Below are positions 63,388-64,000 of a stretch of DNA of 64,000 nt, in pieces. The stretch comes from Octopus sinensis. Lineage: Eukaryota. A program made the position numbers and the translations under genes. Location: NCBI RefSeq assembly GCF_006345805.1, contig NW_021835468.1, positions 5,145 to 69,144 on the forward strand. Reading direction: 5' to 3'. The notes beneath the pieces are model-generated. The model did not search any database. It worked only from the letters and a program-made list of their open reading frames with translations, and was not told the DNA's origin. Numbering within the stretch: the first letter of the stretch is position 1; the number at the start of each line of letters is the position of its first letter.

Positions 63388-64000
63388 ACATAAATATATA
63401 TATATATATATAAACACACACACATACATACATACAGATGCAGGCATGGTTGTGTGGTAAAAAGCTTGCTTCCCAACCACACGGTTCCTGGTTCAGTCCC
63501 GCTGTGTGGCATCTTGAGCAAGTCTCTTCTACTATGTCCTTGGGCTAACCAAGGCCTTGTGAGTGGATTTTGTGGATGGAAACTGAAAGAAGGCTGTCGT
63601 GTTTATATATATATATATATATGTGTGTATTTATGTATATATTTGCATCTGTGTTTGTCCCCCCCCCCACCACCACCACCACCATCGCTTGACAACCAAT
63701 GTTGCAGTGGTTGCATCTCTGAAACTTTGAAACTTAGTGGTTCAGTAAAAGAGATCGATAGAGTAAGTACTGCGGTTACAAAGAACAAGTCCTGCTATCG
63801 ATTTCTTTAACTAAAAATAGTGCTCCAGCAGGGTCGCAGAGAAATGACTGAAATGTGTAAAGGAATAAAACAGTATACACACATACATACATATACACAA
63901 TGCATATATATATATATATATACACACATTATACATATATATGTGTGTGTGTATATATATATATATATGTATATAAGTTTAACAATTAAGGATAATCTCT

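Overview
This is 64 kb of AT-rich, microsatellite-dense animal DNA. The repeat families suggest an octopus (inference). No intact host exon, RNA gene or CRISPR array could be supported, so it is probably intronic or intergenic. It is mostly a mosaic of mobile elements: (1) four tRNA-derived SINE families (labelled A-D here); (2) an RTE-type LINE with a PHD finger in ORF2, as one 2.7-kb copy, two other ORF fragments and about 15-20 copies of its 3' UTR; (3) CR1-like and R4/Dong-like 3' ends; (4) mariner, Tc1, pogo-like and TTAA-type DNA transposon relics, four non-autonomous Helitrons and two probable LTRs; (5) mini- and microsatellites. The most notable signal is a set of tiny elements carrying minimal type I hammerhead ribozyme motifs of the Penelope-like (PLE) kind, from at least four sequence families. 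They sit in or near (AT)n/(ATT)n tracts and often form inverted pairs. One pair brackets a 106-bp inverted copy of DNA from about 740 bp upstream. Other points of interest: five SINE-C insertions whose target duplications start with GGT(A), a 139-bp target-site duplication, and a decayed coding relic of unknown origin. Coordinates were read by eye and element ends are approximate.
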